Positions 1 through 9,636 of a stretch of DNA of 64,000 bases are shown here, one piece after another. The stretch's first letter is position 1. The number at the start of each line of letters is the position of its first letter. Source of the DNA: Candidatus Magasanikiibacteriota bacterium (GTDB lineage: Bacteria > Patescibacteriota > Patescibacteriia > Magasanikbacterales > GWA2-37-8); NCBI GenBank assembly GCA_943357105.1, contig CALRGC010000001.1, forward strand, positions 17,045-81,044, given 5' to 3'. Under the pieces are notes generated by a model. The model made no database searches and was not told the DNA's origin. It saw only the letters and a program-made list of their open reading frames with translations. Position numbers and translations under genes: made by a program.

Positions 1-22
1 TAAGAGCGGCAGGGAGGAGAGC

Positions 23-92
23 AAAAACCGTTCACCAACCTGTTTTGTTTCTAAATATTTTGGAAATAAAATAAGTGAACGGTTTTTGTTTT
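23..92 (+). terminator. Long hairpin with U-tract upstream of the Mg/Mn transporter operon
   Basis: AAAAACCGTTCAC...GTGAACGGTTTTT inverted repeat followed by a T-run. Confidence 0.6.
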
Positions 93-99
93 TTATAGA

Positions 100-128
100 T
101 TGCCAAAAGCGTTTTTTTACATTATAAT
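100..128 (+). promoter_or_regulatory. sigma70-type promoter
   Basis: TTGCCA-17 nt-TATAAT about 20 nt before the ATG at 150. Confidence 0.65.
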
Positions 129-149
129 TAAGGGGTAATAATTTTTGGT

Positions 150-1364
150 ATGCCATATTTAAGTCGTATTTTAAATAGCACTGTCAGTGATAGTAGTGAA
201 GCGGTAGTTGGCAAGCTAGAAGATATTTTGGTGAAACCAAAAGCGGGGGAATATTGTCCGCTTGAATATCTGATTGTCAAAAAGCGTCATTCCAAAAAAA
301 GAGTAATTATTCCTTATGAGGCGGTGGAAAATTTTAGCAAAGAAGAAGTTTCTTTGCGTGTTTTATTTTCCAAAATAAATTTTTTGGATACTGTGCCAGA
401 AGGTTATGTCCGACTTAATCGCGATGTGATGGATCAACAAATTGTGGATTTGTCCGGCGCGCGGGTAGTGCGGGTAAACGATCTTCGTATTGGTGATTTT
501 GAAGGCAAAATGAATGTTTTAGCGATAGATATTAGCAATCGCGGGCTTTTGCGTCGCTTGGGTGTCACTTGGCTGGATCTATTTAATTTGATGAAAGTAA
601 ATTTGATTGACTGGCGCAAAGTGCAACCGGTAAAAGGCGAATTAAAATTGGATAGCGCTTCAAAAGATCTTACGAAATTGCATCCGGCCGACATCGCCAA
701 TATTGTGGAAGATTTAAATTTAAAACAAGGTAGTAATTTAGTTTTGTCACTCGACAAAAATACGGCCGCGCAAGTATTTGAGGAGATTGATCCGGAGATG
801 CAAAAATTGTTGATTTCTCATCTTAGTCCCGAACACGCCGCGCGTATTAGTGAGCGCATGTCGGTAGATGAGCTAGTGGATTTGATTCACTTTTTGCCGG
901 AACACAAATCCAAACAACTGATGGATTATGTGGAAAAAGATCGTATGAAACATGTCCACAAACTTTTGAAATATGAGGACAATACGGCCGGTGGTTTGAT
1001 GTCGCTAGATTATCTCAGTTGTTTACCGGAAGAGACGGTGGGTCAGGCGATAGAGAAAATTAGAAAACTTTCCGATAAATTTCGCGCCATTAACTATGTC
1101 TATATTTTGGATGATAAAAATAAATATAAAGGGGTAGCATCTTTGCGCAGATTGCTCATCAATGATTCTAGCACTCCTATTGGTAAGATTATGAAAAAAA
1201 GTACCAACTTACCGGTGTTGCATCCAAATCATTCCATAAAAAGAGTGGCTCATATGATGACCAAATATGATCTCAATACCGTGGCCGTGCTGGATAAAGA
1301 TAATAATTTTTTGGGAGTCGTAACGGTCGATGATGTGATGCGCGTATTACTGCCAAACGCCTAA
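150..1364 (+). CDS. MgtE N-terminal/CBS domain protein with PRC-barrel repeats (soluble)
   Basis: LHPADIA..E and Y.E.TAGGLM MgtE_N motifs, a CBS pair ending GVVTVDDV, no membrane domain. Confidence 0.85.
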   Translation: MPYLSRILNSTVSDSSEAVVGKLEDILVKPKAGEYCPLEYLIVKKRHSKKRVIIPYEAVENFSKEEVSLRVLFSKINFLDTVPEGYVRLNRDVMDQQIVDLSGARVVRVNDLRIGDFEGKMNVLAIDISNRGLLRRLGVTWLDLFNLMKVNLIDWRKVQPVKGELKLDSASKDLTKLHPADIANIVEDLNLKQGSNLVLSLDKNTAAQVFEEIDPEMQKLLISHLSPEHAARISERMSVDELVDLIHFLPEHKSKQLMDYVEKDRMKHVHKLLKYEDNTAGGLMSLDYLSCLPEETVGQAIEKIRKLSDKFRAINYVYILDDKNKYKGVASLRRLLINDSSTPIGKIMKKSTNLPVLHPNHSIKRVAHMMTKYDLNTVAVLDKDNNFLGVVTVDDVMRVLLPNA

Positions 1365-1367
1365 AAT

Positions 1368-2624
1368 ATGAGCACTGAAAAAAAACCTAAAAGACTTTGG
1401 ACCAAGATTTTATTAATCAGTTCGGTAGTTGGGCCGGGGATTATTGCCGGCACAGCCGATAATGACGCCGGTGGTATCGCCACTTATTCGGTGGCTGGCG
1501 CGCAATTTGGATATCATTTGATTTGGGTATTATTTTTGGTTACTTTTGTTTTGGCGATTACGCAGGAGATGGGCGCGCGTCTGGGAATAGTCTCAGGCAA
1601 AGGTTTGGCCGCTTTGATTCGTGAAAATTTTCCTTTCAAAGCGACATTTCTCATAATACTTTTAAGTTTTATCGCCAATTGGGCTAATATTTTGGCCGAT
1701 GTCGCCGGTATGTCGGCGGTTGCTAATATTTATGGAATTCCAGCCTGGATTTTTGTTTTAAGCTCGGCGGCTTTGCTTAGTTGGTTGGTAATTTCTGGTA
1801 ATTTTAAAAATATTCAGCGGGTATTTCTCACTTCTTCGCTAATGTATCTGGCTTATGTATTTGCCGGATTTATGATTCATCCGGATTGGACTGAGGCGAC
1901 CAGATCAATTGTGGTGCCGTCAATTATTCCAACCGCCAATTTTTTATTTATGGCGATTGCCTTAATTGGTACTACCGTTACTATCTGGGGACAGTTTTTT
2001 GTGCAATCATATTTTGCGGAAAAGGGTGTGCGAGCCGAAGATTTGCCGTTGGCTAGATTGGATGTTGGCGCGGGCGCGATTTGGACAAATTTTGTCGCTT
2101 TTTTTATCATTGTGGCGACTGCCGGCACGCTGTATGTGAAGCATATTAACATTTCCGATGCCGCGGACGCCGCGTTGGCACTCGAGCCATTTGCCGGCGC
2201 TTTGGCCAAGCATCTTTTCGCGTGGGGTTTATACAATGCCGCCATGCTTGGCGCCGGTGTGGTGACGATTTCTACCGCTTACACGATTACCGAAGCGTTT
2301 GGTTGGGAGGGTAAAATAAATGCCGGTTTTAAAGAATCCGCTTCGTTTTATAAGATATTTTTGTTTTGTATTTTTTCGGCGGCTCTGCTTGTGCTCGTGC
2401 CACATTTTCCGATAGTGCCGGTACTGGTCGCCTCGCAAGCATTAAATACTTTTATCTTGCCAATCTTGTTTATTTTTTTGTTGCGCCTGCTCAATCGCAA
2501 AGATATTATGGGCAAATATACCAATGGAATGAGTAGTAATATTTTTGGTTGGGTTTCAATTGTCGGCCTATCGCTTTTAAATTTAGCTTATTTTGTCTAT
2601 CTGATTGTTTCTAAATTTAGATAA
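1368..2624 (+). CDS. Nramp-family divalent metal transporter
   Basis: GPGII..ADNDAGGIATYS, QEMGARLG, about 11 hydrophobic segments. Confidence 0.85.
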   Translation: MSTEKKPKRLWTKILLISSVVGPGIIAGTADNDAGGIATYSVAGAQFGYHLIWVLFLVTFVLAITQEMGARLGIVSGKGLAALIRENFPFKATFLIILLSFIANWANILADVAGMSAVANIYGIPAWIFVLSSAALLSWLVISGNFKNIQRVFLTSSLMYLAYVFAGFMIHPDWTEATRSIVVPSIIPTANFLFMAIALIGTTVTIWGQFFVQSYFAEKGVRAEDLPLARLDVGAGAIWTNFVAFFIIVATAGTLYVKHINISDAADAALALEPFAGALAKHLFAWGLYNAAMLGAGVVTISTAYTITEAFGWEGKINAGFKESASFYKIFLFCIFSAALLVLVPHFPIVPVLVASQALNTFILPILFIFLLRLLNRKDIMGKYTNGMSSNIFGWVSIVGLSLLNLAYFVYLIVSKFR

Positions 2625-3762
2625 TTTTGGCGATTGTTGTTAGCCAATTGGCGGCGGCTTTTTCCCAAGAGTAATTTTCGGCCACAGCGTGGCCTTTTTT
2701 AATATAACTATTTTTTAGTTCGGTGTCAGTGAGTAAAATTTTCATCGCTTGACTCAAGTCACTTATCTTATTGGGGTTTACTAGATAGCTGGCGTTATCG
2801 GTAATTTCCGGCAGAGAGGCGCGATTGGCGGCAATGGTAGGTGTGCCCATACGCATAGCTTCAATGAGTGGGAAGCCAAAACCTTCATAGAAACTATCAA
2901 AAATAAATAATGAAGACAGAGAATAAAAAATTGGTTTATCTTCGGCGGCAATGTAGCCAATAAATTTTATATTTGATGCCAGCGGAGATTTGGTGGCGGT
3001 ATCATAAATCTCTTTATTTTTCCAGCCGGGCGCGCCAACAATTATTAGTGAATATTTGGCGGTAATTTCAAGGGGTAACTTTTCATAAGCCTTGATAATT
3101 GTTGTAATATTTTTGCGCGGTTCAATTGACCCTAAGAATAAAATAAAATTTTCCGGTAGACCATATCGGTTTAGGACTCTGGTTTTGTCGGCGGCCAAAT
3201 TTGGGTTGGTTAGAGAAAAATTATCATTCACACCAGGGTAGATTACCTCTATTTTTTCTTTTGGTATTTCATAATAATTCATCAGATCACGTTTGGTATT
3301 GGCCGATGGTACGATGATTAGTTTGGCACTTTGACACTGTCTTTTTGAGCCGATTATTTTGTGCCAGAAATTTTGTTTGGCGGTATAGAATTCGGGGAAT
3401 AGTTTAAATGACAGGTCGTGAATAGTAAGTATATACGGAATTGTAGAGGAAAGATTAAAAAAATTAAGATTAGGCGCGTACCAGCAGTCAATTTTGACCG
3501 GAATAAATTGATCGATTTTTATCAATTTGAGCGTAAGCGCCAGATTGAAAATTTTATTTGGATAACGGCTTTCTATATAGTGAACATTATCCTGTTGCCA
3601 GGGTAAATTTTTGAGATTATAATTTTTGACGGCATTATAAAATAAATAATATTGATTTTTGGTATCCAATTTAAAAACAGCGCTGAGGAGCTCATAAGTA
3701 TACTCGCCAACGCCGGTTTTGTTTTTGGTCATGAGTGGGCGGATGTCGATGCCGATATTCAT
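2617..3762 (-). CDS. Glycosyltransferase family 4
   Basis: MNIGID start, GSIEPRKN, YEGFGFPLIEAM motif. Confidence 0.9.
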   Translation of the reverse strand: MNIGIDIRPLMTKNKTGVGEYTYELLSAVFKLDTKNQYYLFYNAVKNYNLKNLPWQQDNVHYIESRYPNKIFNLALTLKLIKIDQFIPVKIDCWYAPNLNFFNLSSTIPYILTIHDLSFKLFPEFYTAKQNFWHKIIGSKRQCQSAKLIIVPSANTKRDLMNYYEIPKEKIEVIYPGVNDNFSLTNPNLAADKTRVLNRYGLPENFILFLGSIEPRKNITTIIKAYEKLPLEITAKYSLIIVGAPGWKNKEIYDTATKSPLASNIKFIGYIAAEDKPIFYSLSSLFIFDSFYEGFGFPLIEAMRMGTPTIAANRASLPEITDNASYLVNPNKISDLSQAMKILLTDTELKNSYIKKGHAVAENYSWEKAAANWLTTIAKII

Positions 3763-3788
3763 AGTGTGTTCAAGTATCACGCCTGAGA

Positions 3789-3946
3789 AGACATTTGGCA
3801 ATTTTTACCTGATAAAAGTTCGCATAATTGGCTATAAATTTTCGTTACGGCTCTAAGGGTAGAGCCGTTGCCCTGACGGGCACCACGAAAATTTACTTAC
3901 GCCAATTAGGGGCTCACTTTTATGCGGTAAAAATTGCCAAATGTCT
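3789..3946. repeat. Palindromic T-shaped element, family A copy 1
   Basis: 21-bp perfect outer inverted repeat, nested stems and two apical hairpins; homologous to 16976-17164. Confidence 0.85.
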
Positions 3947-3948
3947 TC

Positions 3949-5052
3949 TCAGTCTAGATTATTCTGGAATTGAGAAAACTGTTCGGTTACAAAATTTTTT
4001 ATTTCGTTTTTGAAACGGTCGGTAGAAAAATTTTGCGCGTGCGCGCGAATTTTGGCGCTGTCAAATGCGCTTGAGTCAAAATTCAGCAGTGTATGTAGTA
4101 GTGATTCCCAAGTTTGTTGTTCAAAAAATACTCCAGTTTCATTAGGCAAAACTGTTTCGGTAGCACCTCCCTGACTGTAAGCAATTACGGGGCGGCCAGC
4201 GGCCATGGCTTCGAGCGGAGTGATGCCAAAATCTTCTTTTTGGGGATGGATAAAGGCAATCGCTTCACTGAGAAGCTGAGCTTTTTCATCTTCGGAAATT
4301 TTTCCGTAAAATTCAATATTGGCCTTGGCGATTTTTTTCAGATAAGGATATTCTGATCCGATACCAAAAATTTTTAGCGGCCAACCCAGACGATTGAAAA
4401 CTTTTATTACTAAATCCAGGCGTTTGTATGGCACGAGGCGCCCACCGGCCACATAATAATTTCCTACTTTGGCCGCGGTTTGAAATCTATCGGTATCAAC
4501 CGGCGGAAAAATGACTTGACTGTCACGGCGATAATATTTATTGATGCGACGTTTTACCGTATTGGAATTGGCAATAAAATTATCTACGCGTTTAGTACTG
4601 AGTTGATCCCACAAACGCAAGCGATGAGTCAAAATTGGTAAGAAAATTTTTACCAGCCGATTATTTTTGAGATCCGACAGATAATTATTGCCGTCACCCC
4701 ACAAAAAACGCGGCGGGGTGTGACAATAGGCGATATGCAGAGTGTCGGTGGAGGTGATTATGCCCTTGGCAAACCCGGACGAAGAAGAAATAACCAGATC
4801 ATAGCCCTGGAGTTGGTGACGCTCGGTGGCTACAGGCATCAGTGGCAAATACCACTGGAAGATTTGATTGACAAAAGGCAAGCGATTGAGAAAAGAAGTA
4901 TGAATTTTATCCTGATCCAAATAATTTATTTTGTTGGCATCGTGAAATAAAACAAAAATTGGCGCGTCCGGCCAAATTTCGTGTAAGGCTTTGAGCACTC
5001 TCTCCGCCCCTCCATCTTGAGACAGATAGTCGTGAACTAGGGCGACCTTCAT
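3949..5052 (-). CDS. Glycosyltransferase family 4
   Basis: KVALVHDYL..GGAERV, EDFGITPLEAMAAG. Confidence 0.9.
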   Translation of the reverse strand: MKVALVHDYLSQDGGAERVLKALHEIWPDAPIFVLFHDANKINYLDQDKIHTSFLNRLPFVNQIFQWYLPLMPVATERHQLQGYDLVISSSSGFAKGIITSTDTLHIAYCHTPPRFLWGDGNNYLSDLKNNRLVKIFLPILTHRLRLWDQLSTKRVDNFIANSNTVKRRINKYYRRDSQVIFPPVDTDRFQTAAKVGNYYVAGGRLVPYKRLDLVIKVFNRLGWPLKIFGIGSEYPYLKKIAKANIEFYGKISEDEKAQLLSEAIAFIHPQKEDFGITPLEAMAAGRPVIAYSQGGATETVLPNETGVFFEQQTWESLLHTLLNFDSSAFDSAKIRAHAQNFSTDRFKNEIKNFVTEQFSQFQNNLD

Positions 5053-6470
5053 ATGATGGATCCGGTTTTGCGCAAAACAATAAAAGGAGTTTTAATTAAA
5101 ATTACCAGATCGGTAAATAGGCTCCAATGTTCAATATAGAAAATATCCAGGCGCGCTTCTTCGTCAAAGCTCAGATTGCTACGTCCGGAAATCTGAGTAA
5201 TACCGGTGATGCCCGGTTTGATAGCCAGCACGGTTTTGTGCCATTTCTCATATTTGTTTACTTCGCGTTCCTGGTGAGGGCGCGGACCAACCAAACTCAT
5301 TTCACCCTTTAAAACATTATAAAATTGCGGAATTTCATCAATGCTCAATACACGAATAAAACGACCAAATGGGGTAATGCGCGGATCATTTTTTATTTTA
5401 TAAACCGGTCCTTTTTTTTCACTTTTTTCTTCAATTAATTTTTTTTCCAGTTTCAGCGCCTCTTGTCCGTTTTTACCAAACTGTTCGCCGGTGCAATATT
5501 TTTGGTACATTGAACGGAATTTGAGGGTAAGAAATTTTTTGCCTTCTTGCCCCACGCGTTCATTTTTATAAATAATCGGCGTTCCGGTTTCGAGCAAAAT
5601 TATTAACGAAGTAATCAAAAATATTGGCAGAAAAATTATCATTAAAAATAGACTGCCGACAATATCCACGGTGCGTTTGAGTATGCGACCCCAGCCACCC
5701 AGGCGGGTGCGACGCAATTCAATAATTGGAATGCCGGCAATCGTGGATACGGCCATATTGGAAGAAACGGTAGCGAAAAGGTCGGCCGAATATTTGAAAG
5801 TGATGTGGTGCTCGTTGGCAAAATCTATGGCTTGCAGAGCTTCATCTTCGTGACTCTTGGGATCGGTAAAAATAATTTCATCAATACCGGTTTTTTTCAA
5901 AGTTTTTAGTTGGTTTAAATTAAAATTAGGAATCTGTCCAATAATTTTATAACCAAAATGGGAATGTGAATCTAAAGTATTCAAAATTTGTTCTTCTATT
6001 TGGCCACTACCAATAATCACGGTGCGGCGCAGACCAAGCCCCAGGCGATAGCAGAGAATTTTTAGCAGTCGCCAAGCGATTCTGCCGGCATAAACATAGA
6101 TAATGGCAAAAATCCAACTAGCTAAAACCAAAAAGCGTGAATCAAATTTTTGGAAAGTAAAAAAGACATAAATTGTAATCGCGGCAAACCCAGTAGCACA
6201 GGCAAAAAAGACGCGATTGAGTTCGCTGGTGAGTTTGCGATTGGGATTGGCGCTGTATAACCCGGAAAAAGCGAAGATAACTATCCAGCCGCCCGCGACT
6301 ATAAGTGCCAATGGCCAATATTTTTCCCAAGGTAAATTAAAAATCACCGGACGAATGGCCGTAGTGATCTTGGCAAAACGCAAACTATAGGCCGTAAAGG
6401 CGGCCAATATCAGCATGAGATAATCTAGAGGTAGCTGTAAAAAAGTAAATGTAAGTTCAAAGCGTTTCAT
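5049..6470 (-). CDS. Polyprenyl glycosylphosphotransferase (WcaJ/WbaP-like sugar transferase)
   Basis: N-terminal TM helices, KFRSM, DPRIT, SIDEIPQ, MSLVGPRP. Confidence 0.9.
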   Translation of the reverse strand: MKRFELTFTFLQLPLDYLMLILAAFTAYSLRFAKITTAIRPVIFNLPWEKYWPLALIVAGGWIVIFAFSGLYSANPNRKLTSELNRVFFACATGFAAITIYVFFTFQKFDSRFLVLASWIFAIIYVYAGRIAWRLLKILCYRLGLGLRRTVIIGSGQIEEQILNTLDSHSHFGYKIIGQIPNFNLNQLKTLKKTGIDEIIFTDPKSHEDEALQAIDFANEHHITFKYSADLFATVSSNMAVSTIAGIPIIELRRTRLGGWGRILKRTVDIVGSLFLMIIFLPIFLITSLIILLETGTPIIYKNERVGQEGKKFLTLKFRSMYQKYCTGEQFGKNGQEALKLEKKLIEEKSEKKGPVYKIKNDPRITPFGRFIRVLSIDEIPQFYNVLKGEMSLVGPRPHQEREVNKYEKWHKTVLAIKPGITGITQISGRSNLSFDEEARLDIFYIEHWSLFTDLVILIKTPFIVLRKTGSII

Positions 6471-6529
6471 GCTCTATATTTTAAGGCAAAATGCCAATAT
6501 AGTCAATTTATTGACAAAAGTCGCATTTC

Positions 6530-6892
6530 GTGCAGAAGCTCGTCGGGGAGGCCATCCCCGCCGAAATGACCGTCGGCGGCGTCACCTATGAGATCCTCTC
6601 CTTCCACGAGGAAGGTGAAAACTCGGTCGGCGGCGGTGTCATGGTCGAGCGTTCCAAGACGCTCAACGCCCACCAGGGCAAAAAGGAGCGGGAACACCTT
6701 CTGGCCAACCAGGCCGACATTCCGGTGGCCTGCCGCGGCAGGACGGCTTTCGTCTTCACCGACGAAAGGCATCCTGACGTTCCCGACGAGGGCGTCTACT
6801 ATGTCTGCTGGCGCGACGGCCGCTGGGTCGAGGGCTGGGACTGGCTCGACGAAGACTGGGGTCGCGGCGACCGGGTGCTCCGTCGCAAGTAG
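6530..6892 (+). CDS. GC-rich hypothetical protein, probably 5'-truncated; Trp-rich C-terminus resembling DGR variable regions
   Basis: Strong third-position G/C bias in this frame; ends W..GRWVEGWDWLDEDWGRGDRVLRRK; followed by hairpins. Confidence 0.6.
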   Translation: MQKLVGEAIPAEMTVGGVTYEILSFHEEGENSVGGGVMVERSKTLNAHQGKKEREHLLANQADIPVACRGRTAFVFTDERHPDVPDEGVYYVCWRDGRWVEGWDWLDEDWGRGDRVLRRK

Positions 6893-6960
6893 CCCTAGGA
6901 TTCTGGGCACCTTGGTCCTCAAGGTCGCTTGGATCATCCTTCGGTTCACTTTGGTAATTG

Positions 6961-7013
6961 GCCCACATCAGTACGATCCTTCGGGATACGACTGGTGTGG
7001 GCGCTTCGTTTTT
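6961..7013 (+). terminator. Intrinsic terminator
   Basis: GCCCACATCAGT...ACTGGTGTGGGC stem then T-rich tail. Confidence 0.65.
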
Positions 7014-7091
7014 ATGCTGGTTATGGTCTTAAAATAGGTTGACAAAAACACTTTTTGGATGTATGATAATAATATATAATTAGAAATAATT

Positions 7092-7328
7092 ATGCAAAAA
7101 AATAATTTACAATTTTCAGTTGTTTATCAACAAGATCTCGACGGTGGTTTTATTGCTACTGTTCCCGCTTTGCCTGGTTGCCATACTCAAGGAAAAGATT
7201 TATCTCAGACTACTTTTAGAATAAAAGAAGCGATAGATTTGTATTTGGAAAGTTTTAAATCTGAAAAATCTATTCGTCAGGCCGCACAAAAACAAATTTT
7301 ATTTGGAACGGTAATGATAGGTGGTTAG
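7092..7328 (+). CDS. hicB: HicB-family antitoxin
   Basis: GGFIATVPALPGCHTQG..IKEAIDLYLE. Confidence 0.85.
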   Translation: MQKNNLQFSVVYQQDLDGGFIATVPALPGCHTQGKDLSQTTFRIKEAIDLYLESFKSEKSIRQAAQKQILFGTVMIGG

Positions 7329-7329
7329 T

Positions 7330-7566
7330 ATGGTTAGCTTTAGTCAATTACCAAATCTAAAAGCAAAACAATTAGTGCGTGTTTTGGAAAAGATAGGTTT
7401 TGTGGTGGTCAGGCAAAAAGGCAGTCACGTTATTTTGGTTAATGAAAAAAGTAAACTGCGTACCGTTGTACCAGTGCACACAGGAGAAACAATTAGAAAA
7501 TCATTGTTGATGGAAATTATAAAACAAGTAAATTTAACGGTAGAGAATTTTTTGGAGTTGTTATAA
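7330..7566 (+). CDS. hicA: HicA-family mRNA interferase toxin
   Basis: LEKIGF...RQKGSHV...VPVH motif, adjacent to hicB. Confidence 0.85.
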   Translation: MVSFSQLPNLKAKQLVRVLEKIGFVVVRQKGSHVILVNEKSKLRTVVPVHTGETIRKSLLMEIIKQVNLTVENFLELL

Positions 7567-7660
7567 TTAGAAGTATATTCAAAATAGCCAAATAAGGCTA
7601 TTTTTTAATATCCAAGATTGACTTTTGCCCATAATTTAGATAAAATTAACCCATTAAAAT

Positions 7661-7960
7661 ATGCAATTAATAATCCTCGCTAGCCAAGTCAGTGATCCCG
7701 AACAGTTTATCCGCCGTTGTGGATATGGACAGCACCGCACGCGTACCGGTGAGACTAGTTATGTGAAGCGTGTGCATCGCGACTGGTATCCGCGTTTCCA
7801 TGTGTATGTGAAAAAACAGGGTGAAAATTTTGTTTTCAATCTGCATCTGGATCAGCGGGCGCCGGTATATGAAGGTCAGACCGCTCATGCCGGGGAATAT
7901 GACGGCGAAGTAGTAGAGCGAGAAATGGAAAGAATTAAAAGTTTTGTAGTAGCAGTATGA
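7661..7960 (+). CDS. Hypothetical protein (YPRFHVY..LHLDQ..H.GEY motif) co-transcribed with adk
   Basis: Clean ORF with upstream promoter-like sequence; overlaps the adk start (ATGA). Confidence 0.7.
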   Translation: MQLIILASQVSDPEQFIRRCGYGQHRTRTGETSYVKRVHRDWYPRFHVYVKKQGENFVFNLHLDQRAPVYEGQTAHAGEYDGEVVEREMERIKSFVVAV

Positions 7961-8616
7961 AAAAAATATTAATATTTATTGGTCCACCAGGATCCGGCAA
8001 AGGCACTCAGGCCAAATTGTTGGCGCAAAAATACGGTTTTAAACATATTTCTACCGGTGATTTATTGCGCGCGCTTTCTGTGGATGCTAAAGCTAGCGCT
8101 GAACAGAAGACAGCTTTGGAAGAAATGAAAGCCGGTAAGCTCGTGCCTGATTGGTTGATCTATGAACTGGCTTTTGAGGCGGTGAAAGAAAATTTAGCAA
8201 GCGGTAAAGGCGTGGTACTCGATGGCGCGATTCGCAATGTTGAACAGGCCCAAAAATATCAAGATTTTTTTGAACAAAATGGTTGGAACGATGAAGTGGC
8301 GGTAATAGAAGTGGCCTTAAGTGACGAAGAAGCATTTAATCGCTTGACCAAGCGCCGTATTTGTAAAAATTGTGGTGAAATAATTCCCTATTTATCAGCT
8401 ACCAAAGATTTAGTTGATTGCCCTAAATGTGGTGGCAAATTAATTTATCGCCAAGATGATAAAAAAGAAATAATTGAAGCGCGTATTCGTGAACAAGGCA
8501 ACGAAGCCTTGAAGCCAATCGTGGATTTTTATGAAAAGTTGGGAATATTAAAAGTTTTGGACGGAAATCAAACTATTGAAAAAGTGAATGCTGAAATTTT
8601 TGCGTTATTTGAATAA
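7957..8616 (+). CDS. adk: Adenylate kinase
   Basis: GPPGSGKGTQA P-loop, HISTGDLLR, zinc lid CxxC...CxxC. Confidence 0.93.
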   Translation: MKKILIFIGPPGSGKGTQAKLLAQKYGFKHISTGDLLRALSVDAKASAEQKTALEEMKAGKLVPDWLIYELAFEAVKENLASGKGVVLDGAIRNVEQAQKYQDFFEQNGWNDEVAVIEVALSDEEAFNRLTKRRICKNCGEIIPYLSATKDLVDCPKCGGKLIYRQDDKKEIIEARIREQGNEALKPIVDFYEKLGILKVLDGNQTIEKVNAEIFALFE

Positions 8617-8625
8617 TTTTATCTT

Positions 8626-9438
8626 ATGGCCAACATTAAAACTCCAGCGGAAATAAAACAAATTATCACTGCCTGTAAATTGACCGGCGAGATTTTGGAA
8701 AAATTGCAAAAGTGGGTAAGGCCGGGAGTGAGTACTTTGGAAGTAGATGAATTGGCCGAAAAAATGATTCGTGATGCTGGTGGGCGCCCGGCTTTTAAAG
8801 GCTATACGACTGGTCCTGGTGATTCTCCATTTCCCAATACTATTTGTGCATCCGTAAATGAAGAGTTGGTGCACGCTATTGCCACCAAAGAAAAAGTTCT
8901 CAAAGACGGCGATATTTTTACGATTGATATTGGTATGCAATGGCCATTTAAAAAAGGTGAGCCGGGATATTTTACCGATACGGCCGTGACTTTTGTGGTG
9001 GGCAATAAAAAACCAACTGCGGAAATTCAGAAATTATTGGATGTGACGCGCGATTCGATGTATGCCGGTATCGCGGCGGCGGTGCCGGGTAATAGTGTGG
9101 CTGATATTGGTAAAGCGGTAGAAAATTATGTAAATTCCAAAGGCAAATATGGTATCGTGCGTGATTTGGTTGGGCACGGAGTAGGCCACGCGGTGCATGA
9201 AGATCCCAAGATTCCAAATTATTACGATCCAAAATTGGAAAAGATAAAACTCAAACCCGGGATGGTGATTGCGATTGAGCCGATGATTGCGCTGGGGACT
9301 TGGAAGGTGAAAATGCACGATGATGGGTGGACTATTTTGATGGCGGATAATTCGATGTGTGCGCATTTTGAGCATACGGTTGTCATTACTGAAACTGGGA
9401 ATATTGTGGCGACTCAGCGGCCTAGTGAGAAGATTTAA
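8626..9438 (+). CDS. map: Type I methionyl aminopeptidase
   Basis: SVNEELVH, GHGVG..HEDP, AIEPM, HFEHT. Confidence 0.95.
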   Translation: MANIKTPAEIKQIITACKLTGEILEKLQKWVRPGVSTLEVDELAEKMIRDAGGRPAFKGYTTGPGDSPFPNTICASVNEELVHAIATKEKVLKDGDIFTIDIGMQWPFKKGEPGYFTDTAVTFVVGNKKPTAEIQKLLDVTRDSMYAGIAAAVPGNSVADIGKAVENYVNSKGKYGIVRDLVGHGVGHAVHEDPKIPNYYDPKLEKIKLKPGMVIAIEPMIALGTWKVKMHDDGWTILMADNSMCAHFEHTVVITETGNIVATQRPSEKI

Positions 9439-9450
9439 ATTTATCATTTC

Positions 9451-9623
9451 ATAAATATTTTAATCTCTCTCGCCTGTGAAAATTCTCGGATAATTTGCAA
9501 CTCACTCCGGCTCTGGCCATGAACTCGTCGCTCGGCTCCTCAAACAGCAGGGCCAGCCACGCCTGCGTGACTCACAAATTATTTCCGAGAATTTTCAATG
9601 GCTCGTTCGATTAAAATATTTAT
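9451..9623. repeat. Palindromic structured element, family B copy 1
   Basis: 15-bp perfect outer inverted repeat plus inner stems; homologous in reverse orientation to 63609-63805. Confidence 0.85.
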
Positions 9624-9636
9624 TCCATTTTTATAT

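Noticed and set aside
3828-4013. Paralogous small ORFs starting MAINFRYG (also 17030-17278)
   Set aside because: They are translations of the family A repeat running antisense into real genes and diverge in frame
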